The notes: generated from the sequence alone by a model not told the origin. A stretch of 64,000 bases of DNA from Patescibacteria group bacterium (GCA_023485445.1 JAMCZT010000026.1:5708-69707); one strand, 5' to 3'. Counted from the first letter of the stretch, positions 49,004 to 58,515 are shown. Program-made: numbers and translations.

Positions 49004-50383
49004 ATGAAACTAGCTGGAATAAAACACATCCATTTTATGGGTATCGGGGGAAGTGGTACTTCCGTGGTTGCTAATCTGGCTTTAGCCAAAGGATTTAAAG
49101 TTTCCGGTTGCGACCTTAATCTCCATTCCCTGTATACTAAGGAATTAGAAAAAAATGAGGTTTCTATTTCTAGAGGACACAGTCCGAGCCACTTAAGTGG
49201 GGTTGATCTATTAGCCCTTAGCCGGGCGATCGTTAACCTAGATCCAGAAAATCCGGAAATCGTGGAAGCAAGAAGACAAGGGATTCCAGTTGTTCAATGG
49301 CAGGCGGTTTTAAACCTGCTGATGGAAAATTATGTGAGTGTTGGCATTTCGGGGACTCACGGGAAAGGGACCACTACGGCAATACTGGCGGAAATTCTTA
49401 CCGAAGCAGGACTGGATCCAACTTTTGAGGTTGGGGCAAAGATTTCCAAACTAGGAACAAATTTTAAAGTCGGCAAGGGGAAGCATTTTATTTTTGAGGC
49501 AGACGAGTACGCGGGTAATTTCCTTTATTACCACCCAAATGTTTTAGTGGTAACGAACCTTGAATTTGACCATCCAGATTGCTTTAAAAGTATTGAAGAC
49601 ATTATTGACTCTTTTGAAAAATTGATTAGGGGGATGAAAAGTTCCGCAATCCTTATTGCTAATGTTGATAGTGATGGGGTTCGGTCTTTATTAAAAAAGT
49701 TAGAAGGTTGGGAAGGTCGGGTCATTACTTTCGGGTTAGAAAACCAGGCGGATTGGACAGCCTCAGGCGCTCAGGTTGGGGAGAAAACTACGTTTGAGCT
49801 TCCTTCAAAAACAGCGGTAGTTGTTCATTTGCCTGGGAAACACAACATCTATAATGCGTTGGCGGCAATTGTGGCGGCCAGTTTTCTTGGTGTGCCAGAA
49901 GAAAAAATTATAAAGAGTGTCGCCTCTTTTGAGGGCGTCGAGGGAAGGTTTGACGTTCGAGGAGAATTTAGCGGAGTGACAATTATTGATGATTATGCCC
50001 ATCATCCAGAATCAATCAAGGTAACTCTTGCCACAGCACGAGAAGTTTTTCCAAAAAACAGGATTTGGTGTGTTTTCCAACCCCACATGTTTAGCCGGAC
50101 AAGAGCTCTTTTCAACGATTTTGCTTCTGCTTTTTGTAGTGCTCCGATAGACCAGCTGGTGATTACGGATATCTTTGCCGCAAGGGAAAAAGATGAAGGT
50201 TTAGTCCATGCTAAGGAATTGGCGGAATCTATTTCTGGTAAGAGTGTAAAATATATTAAAGATTTAAACCAGGTTAAGAAATACTTGCTAGAAAATATTC
50301 AAAAAGGAGATATCGTGATTATTATGGGGGCGGGAGACATATATCGTGTGTCAGAGGAGTTAATAGAGAGTTTGAAAAACTAG
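49004..50383 (+). CDS. murC: UDP-N-acetylmuramate--L-alanine ligase
   Basis: HFMGIGGSG, GTHGKGTT, EADE, DDYAHHP, FQPH, MGAGDI. Confidence 0.93.
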   Translation: MKLAGIKHIHFMGIGGSGTSVVANLALAKGFKVSGCDLNLHSLYTKELEKNEVSISRGHSPSHLSGVDLLALSRAIVNLDPENPEIVEARRQGIPVVQWQAVLNLLMENYVSVGISGTHGKGTTTAILAEILTEAGLDPTFEVGAKISKLGTNFKVGKGKHFIFEADEYAGNFLYYHPNVLVVTNLEFDHPDCFKSIEDIIDSFEKLIRGMKSSAILIANVDSDGVRSLLKKLEGWEGRVITFGLENQADWTASGAQVGEKTTFELPSKTAVVVHLPGKHNIYNALAAIVAASFLGVPEEKIIKSVASFEGVEGRFDVRGEFSGVTIIDDYAHHPESIKVTLATAREVFPKNRIWCVFQPHMFSRTRALFNDFASAFCSAPIDQLVITDIFAAREKDEGLVHAKELAESISGKSVKYIKDLNQVKKYLLENIQKGDIVIIMGAGDIYRVSEELIESLKN

Positions 50384-50388
50384 AAATT

Positions 50389-50450
50389 GTCATTCTAGGT
50401 GCGCCTGAGCAGGAACCAAAGTCTTTAGACAAGACGACTCACTAGATGAC
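50389..50450. repeat. Degenerate GTCATT...ATGAC palindromic element
   Basis: GTCATTCTAG...CTAGATGAC termini. Confidence 0.45.
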
Positions 50451-50470
50451 GATAGTTGGAGTTATACTTA

Positions 50471-51376
50471 ATGAGTCAGATTTATAAACAATTAATTCAA
50501 GAACTTGGTTTTAACCGTGTCAAACTCGACGAGCCGATGAAGGATCATACCAATTGGAAAGTTGGCGGTTCAGCTGATCTTTACTTGGAAACTAAGACGA
50601 GTCAGGAGTTGATCGAGGCAGTCCAGGTGGCCGAACGGTTGAAAATTCCTTACGTTATTTTAGGTCTAGGGGCAAATGTTTTGGTTGGCGATAAAGGGAT
50701 TCGCGGTTTGGTGGTTGTTAATAAAGCGCAAGAGGTGAAATTTCTTTCCTTTGGATTTATTGAAATAGATTCTGGAATGAGCAACGCGGTTTTGATTAAG
50801 CTTACTACAGATCAGCGCTTAAGTGGCTTGGAAAGATTAATTCGGGTCCCTGGCTCATTAGGTGGGGCGATTTTTATGAACGCTGGAGACACCGCCAAGC
50901 AAGCTTTTATCGGCGAGTTGGTTCGGTCAGTAAAGGTGGTTGACAAGAATGGCGTAGTAAGAACACTATCGCCCGAAGATTGTGATTTCGGTTATCGTCA
51001 CAGCCGTTTCCAGACTTCCGGTGAGATAATTGTTTCAGCTAAATTGCAGTTGAAAGAAACGATTAAAAGCGATATTGAAGAAAAAGTGCGTGACATCTTG
51101 GAAAGGAAGAGAAACCAGCCAATGGGAGCCACGGCTGGGTCGACTTTCAAAAATCCGCCAAACAACTTTGCGGGGAAGTTAATTGAAGAAGCAGGTTTGA
51201 AGGGAAAGCAAATCGGTGAGGCGAAAATTTCAGAGCAGCACGCCAACTTTATCGTTAACACTGGCAATGCGACCGCCTCAGATATTAAAGCCTTAATTGA
51301 TTTGGTGAAAGAAAGAGTAAAGGAAAATTCAGGGGTTGACTTGCAAGAAGAAATAAGATATTTAGGGGACTTCTAA
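50471..51376 (+). CDS. murB: UDP-N-acetylenolpyruvoylglucosamine reductase
   Basis: KVGG, GLGAN, PGSLGGAIFMNAG, AGSTFKNP, HANF, LQEEI. Confidence 0.93.
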   Translation: MSQIYKQLIQELGFNRVKLDEPMKDHTNWKVGGSADLYLETKTSQELIEAVQVAERLKIPYVILGLGANVLVGDKGIRGLVVVNKAQEVKFLSFGFIEIDSGMSNAVLIKLTTDQRLSGLERLIRVPGSLGGAIFMNAGDTAKQAFIGELVRSVKVVDKNGVVRTLSPEDCDFGYRHSRFQTSGEIIVSAKLQLKETIKSDIEEKVRDILERKRNQPMGATAGSTFKNPPNNFAGKLIEEAGLKGKQIGEAKISEQHANFIVNTGNATASDIKALIDLVKERVKENSGVDLQEEIRYLGDF

Positions 51377-51390
51377 ATTTTGAGTTTTTT

Positions 51391-52731
51391 ATGTCAAAGT
51401 TTACTATCGAAGGCGGGACGCCTTTAAAAGGAAAAGTAAAAGTCGGTGGAGCAAAGAATTCTGGTTTCAAGTTGATGATTGCCGCGTTGCTTTCTGATGA
51501 ACCAACTACTTTGCATAACATTTCTGACATCCGCGACGTGGCTGTTATGCGGGAAATTATTGAAAATTTGGGTGGTAAAGTCTTGGTAAATGGCGACCAT
51601 GCGTTAAGGGTGGAGCCGAAAAGAATAACGAAGTTTGAAGTTCCAACCGAATTAGCTAATAAGTCTCGAGCTTCTTCAATGCTCATGGGTCCATTACTTG
51701 CGCGATTTGGTAAGGCTATTTTACCTCTTCCTGGAGGAGATAAAATTGGTGCTCGCCCCTTAGATCGTCACTTGACTGGTATCGAACAAATGGGGGCTTC
51801 TTTTGACCAAGTAAGAAATGTTCTAACGGTGAAAGCTTCATCGGGCCTGGCCGGAAGCAGTTATTCTTTCGTTAAAAATACACACACCGGAACGGATACT
51901 TTGATTTTGGCGGCAGTTTTGGCAGAAGGCATGACAGTTTTAAAAAATGCTGCAGCAGAACCCGAGGTTGAGGACTTGATTAACTTACTTAATTTGATGG
52001 GGGCAAAAATTAAAAGAACCGCTCCCAGGACTATTGAAATCCAGGGAGTAAACAGACTGCATGGGATTGACTACACGGTTATGCCGGATCGAAATGAGGC
52101 AGGAACTTTTGCTTGTATGGCTTTAGCGACCAAAGGGGATATTGTTATTGAAAACGTTCGCTCTTACGATCTGACTGCTTTTTTGAAAAAATTAGATGAA
52201 ATCGGGGCGAAATATGAAATTATCGACACAGATTCTTTCGTTAATGAAAATTTACGTGTTTATTACGGAGGGTCTTTGAAAGCAGCCAATGTAGTGACCA
52301 ACCCGCATCCTGGTTTTATGACGGATTGGCAAGCCGTTTGGACAACATTGATGACCCAGGCGGAAGGGGAAAGCATTATTCACGAAACTATTTTTGAGAA
52401 CCGATTCAACTACATTCCGTTTCTAGTGGAAATGGGAGCAAAAATTGAACTTTTTAATCCCAAAGTAGATGAGCCAGAAGGATTTTACAACTTTAACTGG
52501 GAAGATAATAAGCCGGAGTATTTTCATGCCGCGAAAGTAATTGGCTCGTCGGTTCTTTCCGCGATCAAATCTACTGTTCCCGATATCCGGGCGGGGGCAA
52601 CGTTAACGATTGCCGCTTTATCTGCGGAGGGGACTTCGACGATTGACGGTATTGAACATATTGAGCGTGGTTATGAAGATTTTGAGAAGAGATTAGCTAG
52701 TCTCGGAGCAAAAATCAGAAAGGTTGACTAA
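51391..52731 (+). CDS. murA: UDP-N-acetylglucosamine 1-carboxyvinyltransferase (Cys-to-Asp active site)
   Basis: GAKNS, RAS, PGGDKIGARP, NAAAEPE, PHPGFMTD, FENRF, PDIRAG, ERGYE. Confidence 0.95.
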   Translation: MSKFTIEGGTPLKGKVKVGGAKNSGFKLMIAALLSDEPTTLHNISDIRDVAVMREIIENLGGKVLVNGDHALRVEPKRITKFEVPTELANKSRASSMLMGPLLARFGKAILPLPGGDKIGARPLDRHLTGIEQMGASFDQVRNVLTVKASSGLAGSSYSFVKNTHTGTDTLILAAVLAEGMTVLKNAAAEPEVEDLINLLNLMGAKIKRTAPRTIEIQGVNRLHGIDYTVMPDRNEAGTFACMALATKGDIVIENVRSYDLTAFLKKLDEIGAKYEIIDTDSFVNENLRVYYGGSLKAANVVTNPHPGFMTDWQAVWTTLMTQAEGESIIHETIFENRFNYIPFLVEMGAKIELFNPKVDEPEGFYNFNWEDNKPEYFHAAKVIGSSVLSAIKSTVPDIRAGATLTIAALSAEGTSTIDGIEHIERGYEDFEKRLASLGAKIRKVD

Positions 52732-53810
52732 TGGAAAAATTAAAAATAGCTTTAATATTTGGCGGCCGAAGCGGAGAACACGAAGTTTCGATCATGTCGG
52801 CGTCGTCATTAGAAAAAGCAATTGATAGAGAAAAATACACTGTTCTGCCGATTTACATTCAAAAATCAGGTAAATGGATGAAAGGAGAAACGATCGAAGA
52901 ACTGTTGGCGGGAAAAGGCCTTCCGGTTTTGATTTCTCCAAACCAGAAAGAGGACACGAAACTTACTGATTTTTTTCTGTTTTCTCGAAGTAACGTCGAC
53001 GCTGTCTTTCCGCTATTACATGGACCGTATGGTGAGGATGGGACAATTCAAGGGCTTTTGGAAATGATCGCTCTACCCTACGTCGGGGCGGATGTTTTAG
53101 GTTCTGCTCTTGGGATGGATAAAGCGGTGATGAAAGGTTCTTTCGCGGACGCTGGATTAAAGACTGTCCCGAACTTAGCTTTTTTAAGAAAGGGTTGGGA
53201 AAAAGACCCCTTAAGTATAGTACTGGAAATAGAAAAGAAACTGAAGTTTCCTGTTTTTGTAAAACCTGCAAACCTCGGCTCATCTGTTGGTGTAACTAAA
53301 GTTCACGCAAACGATGAACTAAAAGAAGCAATAAATCTAGCCTGTAGATACGATCGGAAATTTTTGGTTGAGCAGGGAATTAATTGCCGGGAGATTAAAG
53401 TCTCAGTTCTCGGGAATGATCGTCCCAGAGCGTCAGTTTGTGGAGAAGTGATTCTTTTACGAGAGTTTTACGATTACGAAGCTAAGTACAAGCCCGGAGG
53501 TTCGAAATTAGTCATTCCAGCTGATTTACCAGAAGATATCTCAAATAAAATCAGGAGTATGGCTCTTATGGCTTATAAGGCAATTGACTGCGGCGGGATG
53601 GGGCGGGTTGACTTTCTTTTAGAGAAGGAAACAAACGAGATATATATTAATGAGATAAATACCATTCCTGGTTTTACTGAGATGAGCATGTATCCCAAAT
53701 TATGGCAAGTAGAGGGTATGTCCTATAAAGAACTGATTGATAAATTAATTGAGCTGGCTCTGGAGCGGTACCGGGACAAAGACAAGAATTTGGTTTCCTA
53801 TGAGACCTAG
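52731..53810 (+). CDS. ddl: D-alanine--D-alanine ligase
   Basis: GGRSGEHEVS, HGPYGEDG, VKPANLGSSVG, FYDYEAKY, NEINTIPGFT. Confidence 0.95.
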   Translation: MEKLKIALIFGGRSGEHEVSIMSASSLEKAIDREKYTVLPIYIQKSGKWMKGETIEELLAGKGLPVLISPNQKEDTKLTDFFLFSRSNVDAVFPLLHGPYGEDGTIQGLLEMIALPYVGADVLGSALGMDKAVMKGSFADAGLKTVPNLAFLRKGWEKDPLSIVLEIEKKLKFPVFVKPANLGSSVGVTKVHANDELKEAINLACRYDRKFLVEQGINCREIKVSVLGNDRPRASVCGEVILLREFYDYEAKYKPGGSKLVIPADLPEDISNKIRSMALMAYKAIDCGGMGRVDFLLEKETNEIYINEINTIPGFTEMSMYPKLWQVEGMSYKELIDKLIELALERYRDKDKNLVSYET

Positions 53811-53869
53811 TTTATATTATTTATGATCTGTTGAGTATTTCGCTTCGGACGAGATATAATAACAGTAGG

Positions 53870-55123
53870 ATGGCCAAGCAATCATTTTTACATTCCATAA
53901 AACAACCTCTTCATAAAGCTCGGCGGGTACTGGCGAAGATTTGGTGGGAAATGCACCCGGGTACTACTATCATTGGGGTGACCGGAAGTTACGGCAAAAC
54001 CAGCACGACTACCGCAATCTCGGCCGTGCTCGAAGAGAAATTTAAAATTCTCCAAACCGACCTCAACTTAGACACCAATTACAATCTTCCAATCACCTTA
54101 TTAAAACTATCCGATCAGGAAAAGTTAGTTTTAGAAATGGGGGTGGACAAGCCGGGGGAAATGGATTACCACCTTTCTTTGGTCAAACCAAGTATCGGGG
54201 TGGTGACCGGCATTACTCCGGTTCACGCCGACCCCGAACATTTAGGTTCGCTTGAAAACATCATCACAGAAAAAGGGAAACTTTTAGCTTCCTTGCCGGA
54301 AAGCGGTTGGGCAATTGTTAATTACGACGATGAAAACGCGAGGGAAATGGCAAAATTAACAAAGGCGCAAGTGGTTTTTTACGGCCTAGATAAAGAAAAA
54401 TGCCAAGTCTGGGCGGATAAAATCAAAGTTGACTTTGAAGGAACAAGTTTTGCCCTTCACTATGGTACGGAATCGATAGAAGTCCATATTCCTTTGATCG
54501 GAAGGCATTTTGTCCAAAACGCCTTAGCGGCAGCGGCTGTGGGAATAACTCAGGACCTAAACCTCGGTGTGATCGCTCGGGGTTTGGGAAAATTGGCACC
54601 TTTGGAAGGGAGGATGAGCGTTGAGGAAGGGCCTCTCGGAGCTATACTCTTGAATGACTCCAGGCGGGCTAATTTGGCTTCGACTTTAGCGGGACTAGAA
54701 ACGGTTGCCGATTTGGCAGCCAATAGAAAAGTGGTGGTTTTAGGGGAAATGGGTGAAATTGGAAAAGATGCGGAAAAGGCGCACCGCTTAGTCGGGAAAA
54801 AAGTGGCGCAGGTTCGGCCAGATTATTTAGTTGCGGTTGGTCCAATGCCAAAGTTTATTGCTGAGGAAGCCGGAAAAGACATGGCAAAAGACCGAGTTTT
54901 TTGGGTTAACAACGTGGCGGAAGCGGCCGATGTTTTAAAAAAGATCTTGAAAGAAGGAGACTTATTTTACTTGAAGGGGTCACTCCTTCGTCATATGGAA
55001 AGAATTCTTATTCTTTTAAATGAAGAAGACATCGAATGCCGTCTTGTCGTTTGTCATCGCTATCAGCTTTGCCCTGATTGCCCTGCCCTCAAAGATGACT
55101 CCAAAAGCAAACTTTTCTCCTGA
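53870..55123 (+). CDS. murF: UDP-MurNAc-pentapeptide synthetase (short, with C-terminal Cys cluster)
   Basis: GVTGSYGKTS, LEMGVD, GRM, LNDS, VLGEMGE, LKGS; own promoter TTGAGT-18-TATAAT. Confidence 0.85.
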   Translation: MAKQSFLHSIKQPLHKARRVLAKIWWEMHPGTTIIGVTGSYGKTSTTTAISAVLEEKFKILQTDLNLDTNYNLPITLLKLSDQEKLVLEMGVDKPGEMDYHLSLVKPSIGVVTGITPVHADPEHLGSLENIITEKGKLLASLPESGWAIVNYDDENAREMAKLTKAQVVFYGLDKEKCQVWADKIKVDFEGTSFALHYGTESIEVHIPLIGRHFVQNALAAAAVGITQDLNLGVIARGLGKLAPLEGRMSVEEGPLGAILLNDSRRANLASTLAGLETVADLAANRKVVVLGEMGEIGKDAEKAHRLVGKKVAQVRPDYLVAVGPMPKFIAEEAGKDMAKDRVFWVNNVAEAADVLKKILKEGDLFYLKGSLLRHMERILILLNEEDIECRLVVCHRYQLCPDCPALKDDSKSKLFS

Positions 55124-55152
55124 TTTTTGCTCTTTTTGTTATAATTACCTTA

Positions 55153-55437
55153 TTGGAAGGAGAGATTGGCAGATATTTTGTCAAAGGAGAGAATACTCGG
55201 TTGATAATCGTTGACAACACGAAAGTTCAGCTAACCCGCTCGTATGTTTGCACTTGGATGCGTATTCTTCAAACGAGTGGAAAGTCAATTGATCAACAAT
55301 ACAAAGAAGTAGAGGATTTCAAGTCTAAGCACTTAAAGGATTTGGGGGAGGATGTCCTTGAATTATTAAATCAGCAACTGGCTTCTTTATGGAAATTAAA
55401 GACAGCGGAAGCAGTTCGAATTCGAATAACCCGCTAA
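55153..55437 (+). CDS. Hypothetical protein
   Basis: 94-aa ORF after TG-T-TATAAT, followed by the AACCCGCTAA/TTAGCGGGTT terminator. Confidence 0.5.
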   Translation: MEGEIGRYFVKGENTRLIIVDNTKVQLTRSYVCTWMRILQTSGKSIDQQYKEVEDFKSKHLKDLGEDVLELLNQQLASLWKLKTAEAVRIRITR

Positions 55438-55472
55438 CCACTTAGCGGGTTTATTTTTCTGAAGCCTACATT

Positions 55473-55761
55473 AAAAGAGAAAGAGGCATCAGAGCTTAAA
55501 GAACAAGCATTCTGACACCTCTTTAGGCGACTAAAAACCACGCAGGAAGAATCAAACCTTTCGTTGCCGAAAACTCCCTCCTATTAAACCTATTGCCGAG
55601 AGAAGACGCATCTAAAGCGAGACTCTCGGTATTTGGCCCGGGCCCAAGACCTCTCCCCTTCAGACACTAACATGATTAGTATCTGGATTGACCCCAAATC
55701 AACTACAAGCTGATTTGGCATCAATTATGCAACGCTGAGTTTGTGGTACGTGGCCAATCGC
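55473..55761 (-). ncRNA. Candidate structured non-coding RNA (~290 nt), family not recognised
   Basis: TTGACT-17-CATAAT promoter; closing stem at the predicted TSS; nested stems; intrinsic terminator; G-U pairs all favour the minus strand. Confidence 0.6.
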
Positions 55762-55834
55762 TTCTTTTATTATGAAACAACCAAGGGATGAAGTCAAGGT
55801 TGCGAAAGGTATTTTTTTCTAGTAAAGTTAAAGC

Positions 55835-56401
55835 ATGAATAAAGAAAAAATTGTCAGCTTCTTCTTTGAAATGGCTTCTTTAAGGCGATTGACTCGTTCG
55901 CATCGTCAGATGATCGCGGCGGTTAACGATAACATTTCAGACCACAGTTTTCGCGTGGGGATTATCGCCATGATTTTAGCTGGGCTAGAAAAGTGTGACC
56001 AGAATAAAGCCCTGAAAATGGGCCTTTTTCATGATTTGGTGGAAGCCAGAACCGGTGATGCAAATACTATTAATAAACAATACGTAAAGCTAGACGAAGA
56101 AGGGGCAAGGGAGGATCAGTTATCCGGCTTGCCGATTGGCGAAGAAATACTAGAGCTTTTGCGTGAATATGAAGAAAGAAAGAGCGCCGAATCAATTGTC
56201 GCTAAAGATGCCGATAGTCTTGACCAGATGGTTTTGGAACAAGAGTACTTTTTTGAAGACCCCATTAACCGAAAAAAGTGGCAGGACTTTATGGAGAAAA
56301 AGTTAAAAACAGAATCAGCAAAAAAACTTTCCATAGAAATCAGAAATTCTAATCCTTTCAATTGGCTGTATCAAATTATGGATGAAAAAATTGGTCACTA
56401 G
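55835..56401 (+). CDS. HD-domain hydrolase (YfbR/HDDC2-like)
   Basis: SDHSFR, FHDLVEARTGD, KDADSLD; leaderless TTGCGA-17-TAAAGT promoter. Confidence 0.85.
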   Translation: MNKEKIVSFFFEMASLRRLTRSHRQMIAAVNDNISDHSFRVGIIAMILAGLEKCDQNKALKMGLFHDLVEARTGDANTINKQYVKLDEEGAREDQLSGLPIGEEILELLREYEERKSAESIVAKDADSLDQMVLEQEYFFEDPINRKKWQDFMEKKLKTESAKKLSIEIRNSNPFNWLYQIMDEKIGH

Positions 56402-56440
56402 AAATAATCTTTCCTGTCCGCCAGAAATATTTTTAAATAT

Positions 56441-57034
56441 ATGAAGTATCTTTCCAGTATTGTTTTGGGAAAATATCAATTCTTTAACCGCCCCCTTCGG
56501 ATTCTTCTTCTTTCTAATGCCACAATTTTAGTGGCTGGGGCGATGCTCGGTCCGATTTCCGCTCTTTTCATAGAAAAAATTGGTGGGGATTTATTGGATG
56601 CTAGCTTTGCGGGCGGAATATTTGCTTTGGCGGCGGGGGTTACAGTTTTGTTGGCGGGGACTTACACGGATAAGATAAAGGAAAAAGAGTTAGTTGTCGT
56701 TTTCGGTTATTTAACCGTTGGGATTGGCTTCCTACTTTATACGTTGGTTAACTCAGTTTGGTTCTTGCTGACGGTTCAAGTGTTGGTTGGGTTTGGTGAG
56801 GCCATCTATGCCCCCGCTTTTGATGCCACTTATTCAAAACATCTTGATAAAGGTAAAACCGGTAAAGAATGGGGAGCCTGGGAGTCAGCCAATTATTTTT
56901 CAGTTGCTATCGGGGCATTAGGAGGTGGATTTATTGTAACAAACCTTGGTTTCACTGCTTTATTTCTAATTATGTCCTTTCTCTGTTTTGCCAGCGCAAC
57001 TTATATTTATCATTTGCCCAGGAAAATTCTTTAA
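56441..57034 (+). CDS. Half-size (6-TM) MFS transporter
   Basis: Six hydrophobic segments, AGTYTDKI motif-A-like, GFGEA..PA. Confidence 0.72.
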   Translation: MKYLSSIVLGKYQFFNRPLRILLLSNATILVAGAMLGPISALFIEKIGGDLLDASFAGGIFALAAGVTVLLAGTYTDKIKEKELVVVFGYLTVGIGFLLYTLVNSVWFLLTVQVLVGFGEAIYAPAFDATYSKHLDKGKTGKEWGAWESANYFSVAIGALGGGFIVTNLGFTALFLIMSFLCFASATYIYHLPRKIL

Positions 57035-57170
57035 AGAGGTATTAAAGACGCTCGATTGGAAATCGTTAATGAAAATCATGATTGGTGTATATTAAGCCCT
57101 AAAGAATGTTTCAACTCAAAAAAATTTTGGTTTGCAGGAAATAGATTGTTAGTAATAGACTTAAAATAAT

Positions 57171-57584
57171 ATGAGCATGGTTTTCGCCGCCGTAAAGGCC
57201 ATAATTTTAGATAAAGATAAATTTCTTGTTATCAAGCAAACAGTTGGCGAACTTGTTTTCTGGGATCTTCCTGGAGGACGAGTGGATTATGGGGAGTCCC
57301 CGTATGAGACGTTGCTTCGAGAGGTGGAAGAAGAAGCTGGCTTGAACGTGGCAGTCGTTAAACCAGTTGGTTTTTGGTGGTTTTTCCGAAAAATAGACGA
57401 GAACCAAGTTGTTTGTACGACTTTTATTTGTAAACCTAGGCACGATAAGGTCGACATAACTAAGAATCCCATTCCCGAAGAAAATATTACCGAATTTCGT
57501 TGGGTAACCAAAGAAGAATTTCTTAGCGATCAGTATAAAGTTAGCCACGAAAGCCTAAAAAAACTGATTTCTGAGAAACTTTAA
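57171..57584 (+). CDS. NUDIX hydrolase
   Basis: Nudix box PGGRVDYGESPYETLLREVEEEAGL. Confidence 0.9.
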   Translation: MSMVFAAVKAIILDKDKFLVIKQTVGELVFWDLPGGRVDYGESPYETLLREVEEEAGLNVAVVKPVGFWWFFRKIDENQVVCTTFICKPRHDKVDITKNPIPEENITEFRWVTKEEFLSDQYKVSHESLKKLISEKL

Positions 57585-57592
57585 ATGAATAT

Positions 57593-58159
57593 ATGACTAA
57601 CGTAATTATTGTTCACGGTGCCTATGGGTACCCGGAAGAAAATTGGTTTCCTTGGTTGAAAGCCTCATTAGAGAAATCTGGTTGCCGTGTTTTCGTTCCG
57701 GCTTTTCCGACACCGGAAAACCAAACTTTGGAAAACTGGCTAAAAGTTTTTGAAGACTGCCTTCCTTTTTTGGATGAAGAGGCAATTGTTGTTGGGCACA
57801 ACTTGGGAGTGCCGTTTTTGTTGAATGTCATTGAAAAAAACGACAGGATTATCAAGGCGGCTTTTTTTGTCGCTGGGTTTTCTAGTTTACCACACAACCA
57901 GTTTGACGAAATACTTAAAACCTTTGTTGAAAAGGATTTTAACTGGCCTAAAATTAAACAAAATTGTCAGAAATTTTATGTTTTTCACTCAGATAATGAT
58001 CCATATGTTCGGTTAGAAAGAGCTCAAGAATTAGCCGGTAATTTAGGCGTTGACTTAACAATAGTCAAAGGGGCGGGACATTTTAACGAGAAAGCCGGTT
58101 ACACAGAGTTTGGCCTGCTTTTTGAAGAGATAAAATCAGTTTCTAGTATAGTTGATTAA
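57593..58159 (+). CDS. RBBP9/YdeN-family alpha/beta hydrolase (nucleophile Ser replaced by Asn)
   Basis: IVHG, NWFPWL, GHNLG, SDNDPYV, GAGHF. Confidence 0.85.
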   Translation: MTNVIIVHGAYGYPEENWFPWLKASLEKSGCRVFVPAFPTPENQTLENWLKVFEDCLPFLDEEAIVVGHNLGVPFLLNVIEKNDRIIKAAFFVAGFSSLPHNQFDEILKTFVEKDFNWPKIKQNCQKFYVFHSDNDPYVRLERAQELAGNLGVDLTIVKGAGHFNEKAGYTEFGLLFEEIKSVSSIVD

Positions 58160-58194
58160 AAAGATCAGTAATACAAAAAGAAAGGAGATCAAAG

Positions 58195-58515
58195 ATGATG
58201 GTACTAGTGGAGGTCCAGTTACCGAGATTGCCCATCCCAAGCGGGGCGTTGAAACTCCTAAGCGGATTAACGATCGAGGCAGAAGAGTTATCTGGTGAAA
58301 GGCGAGATGATTTTGTCAGCTTGGGTCTAAAATCCAGCTTGGGGTATGCCATTTCTCTTGAAGCGGTGGTTGCGGCTTTGAGATCAATGGGAAAAGATGA
58401 AGCTTGTCCTCTGGAATTTAACTATTTCCGAAATCTGCTTCGAGAGGACCAGAAAAAACCGGTTTGGCGGAAAAGAAGGATCGTTCTTGCCCGTTCTGAA
58501 GTTAAGTACGTATAA
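58195..58515 (+). CDS. Hypothetical protein
   Basis: AAGGAG RBS; followed by GAGGGGAC/GTCCCCTC-T terminator (58524-58559). Confidence 0.6.
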   Translation: MMVLVEVQLPRLPIPSGALKLLSGLTIEAEELSGERRDDFVSLGLKSSLGYAISLEAVVAALRSMGKDEACPLEFNYFRNLLREDQKKPVWRKRRIVLARSEVKYV

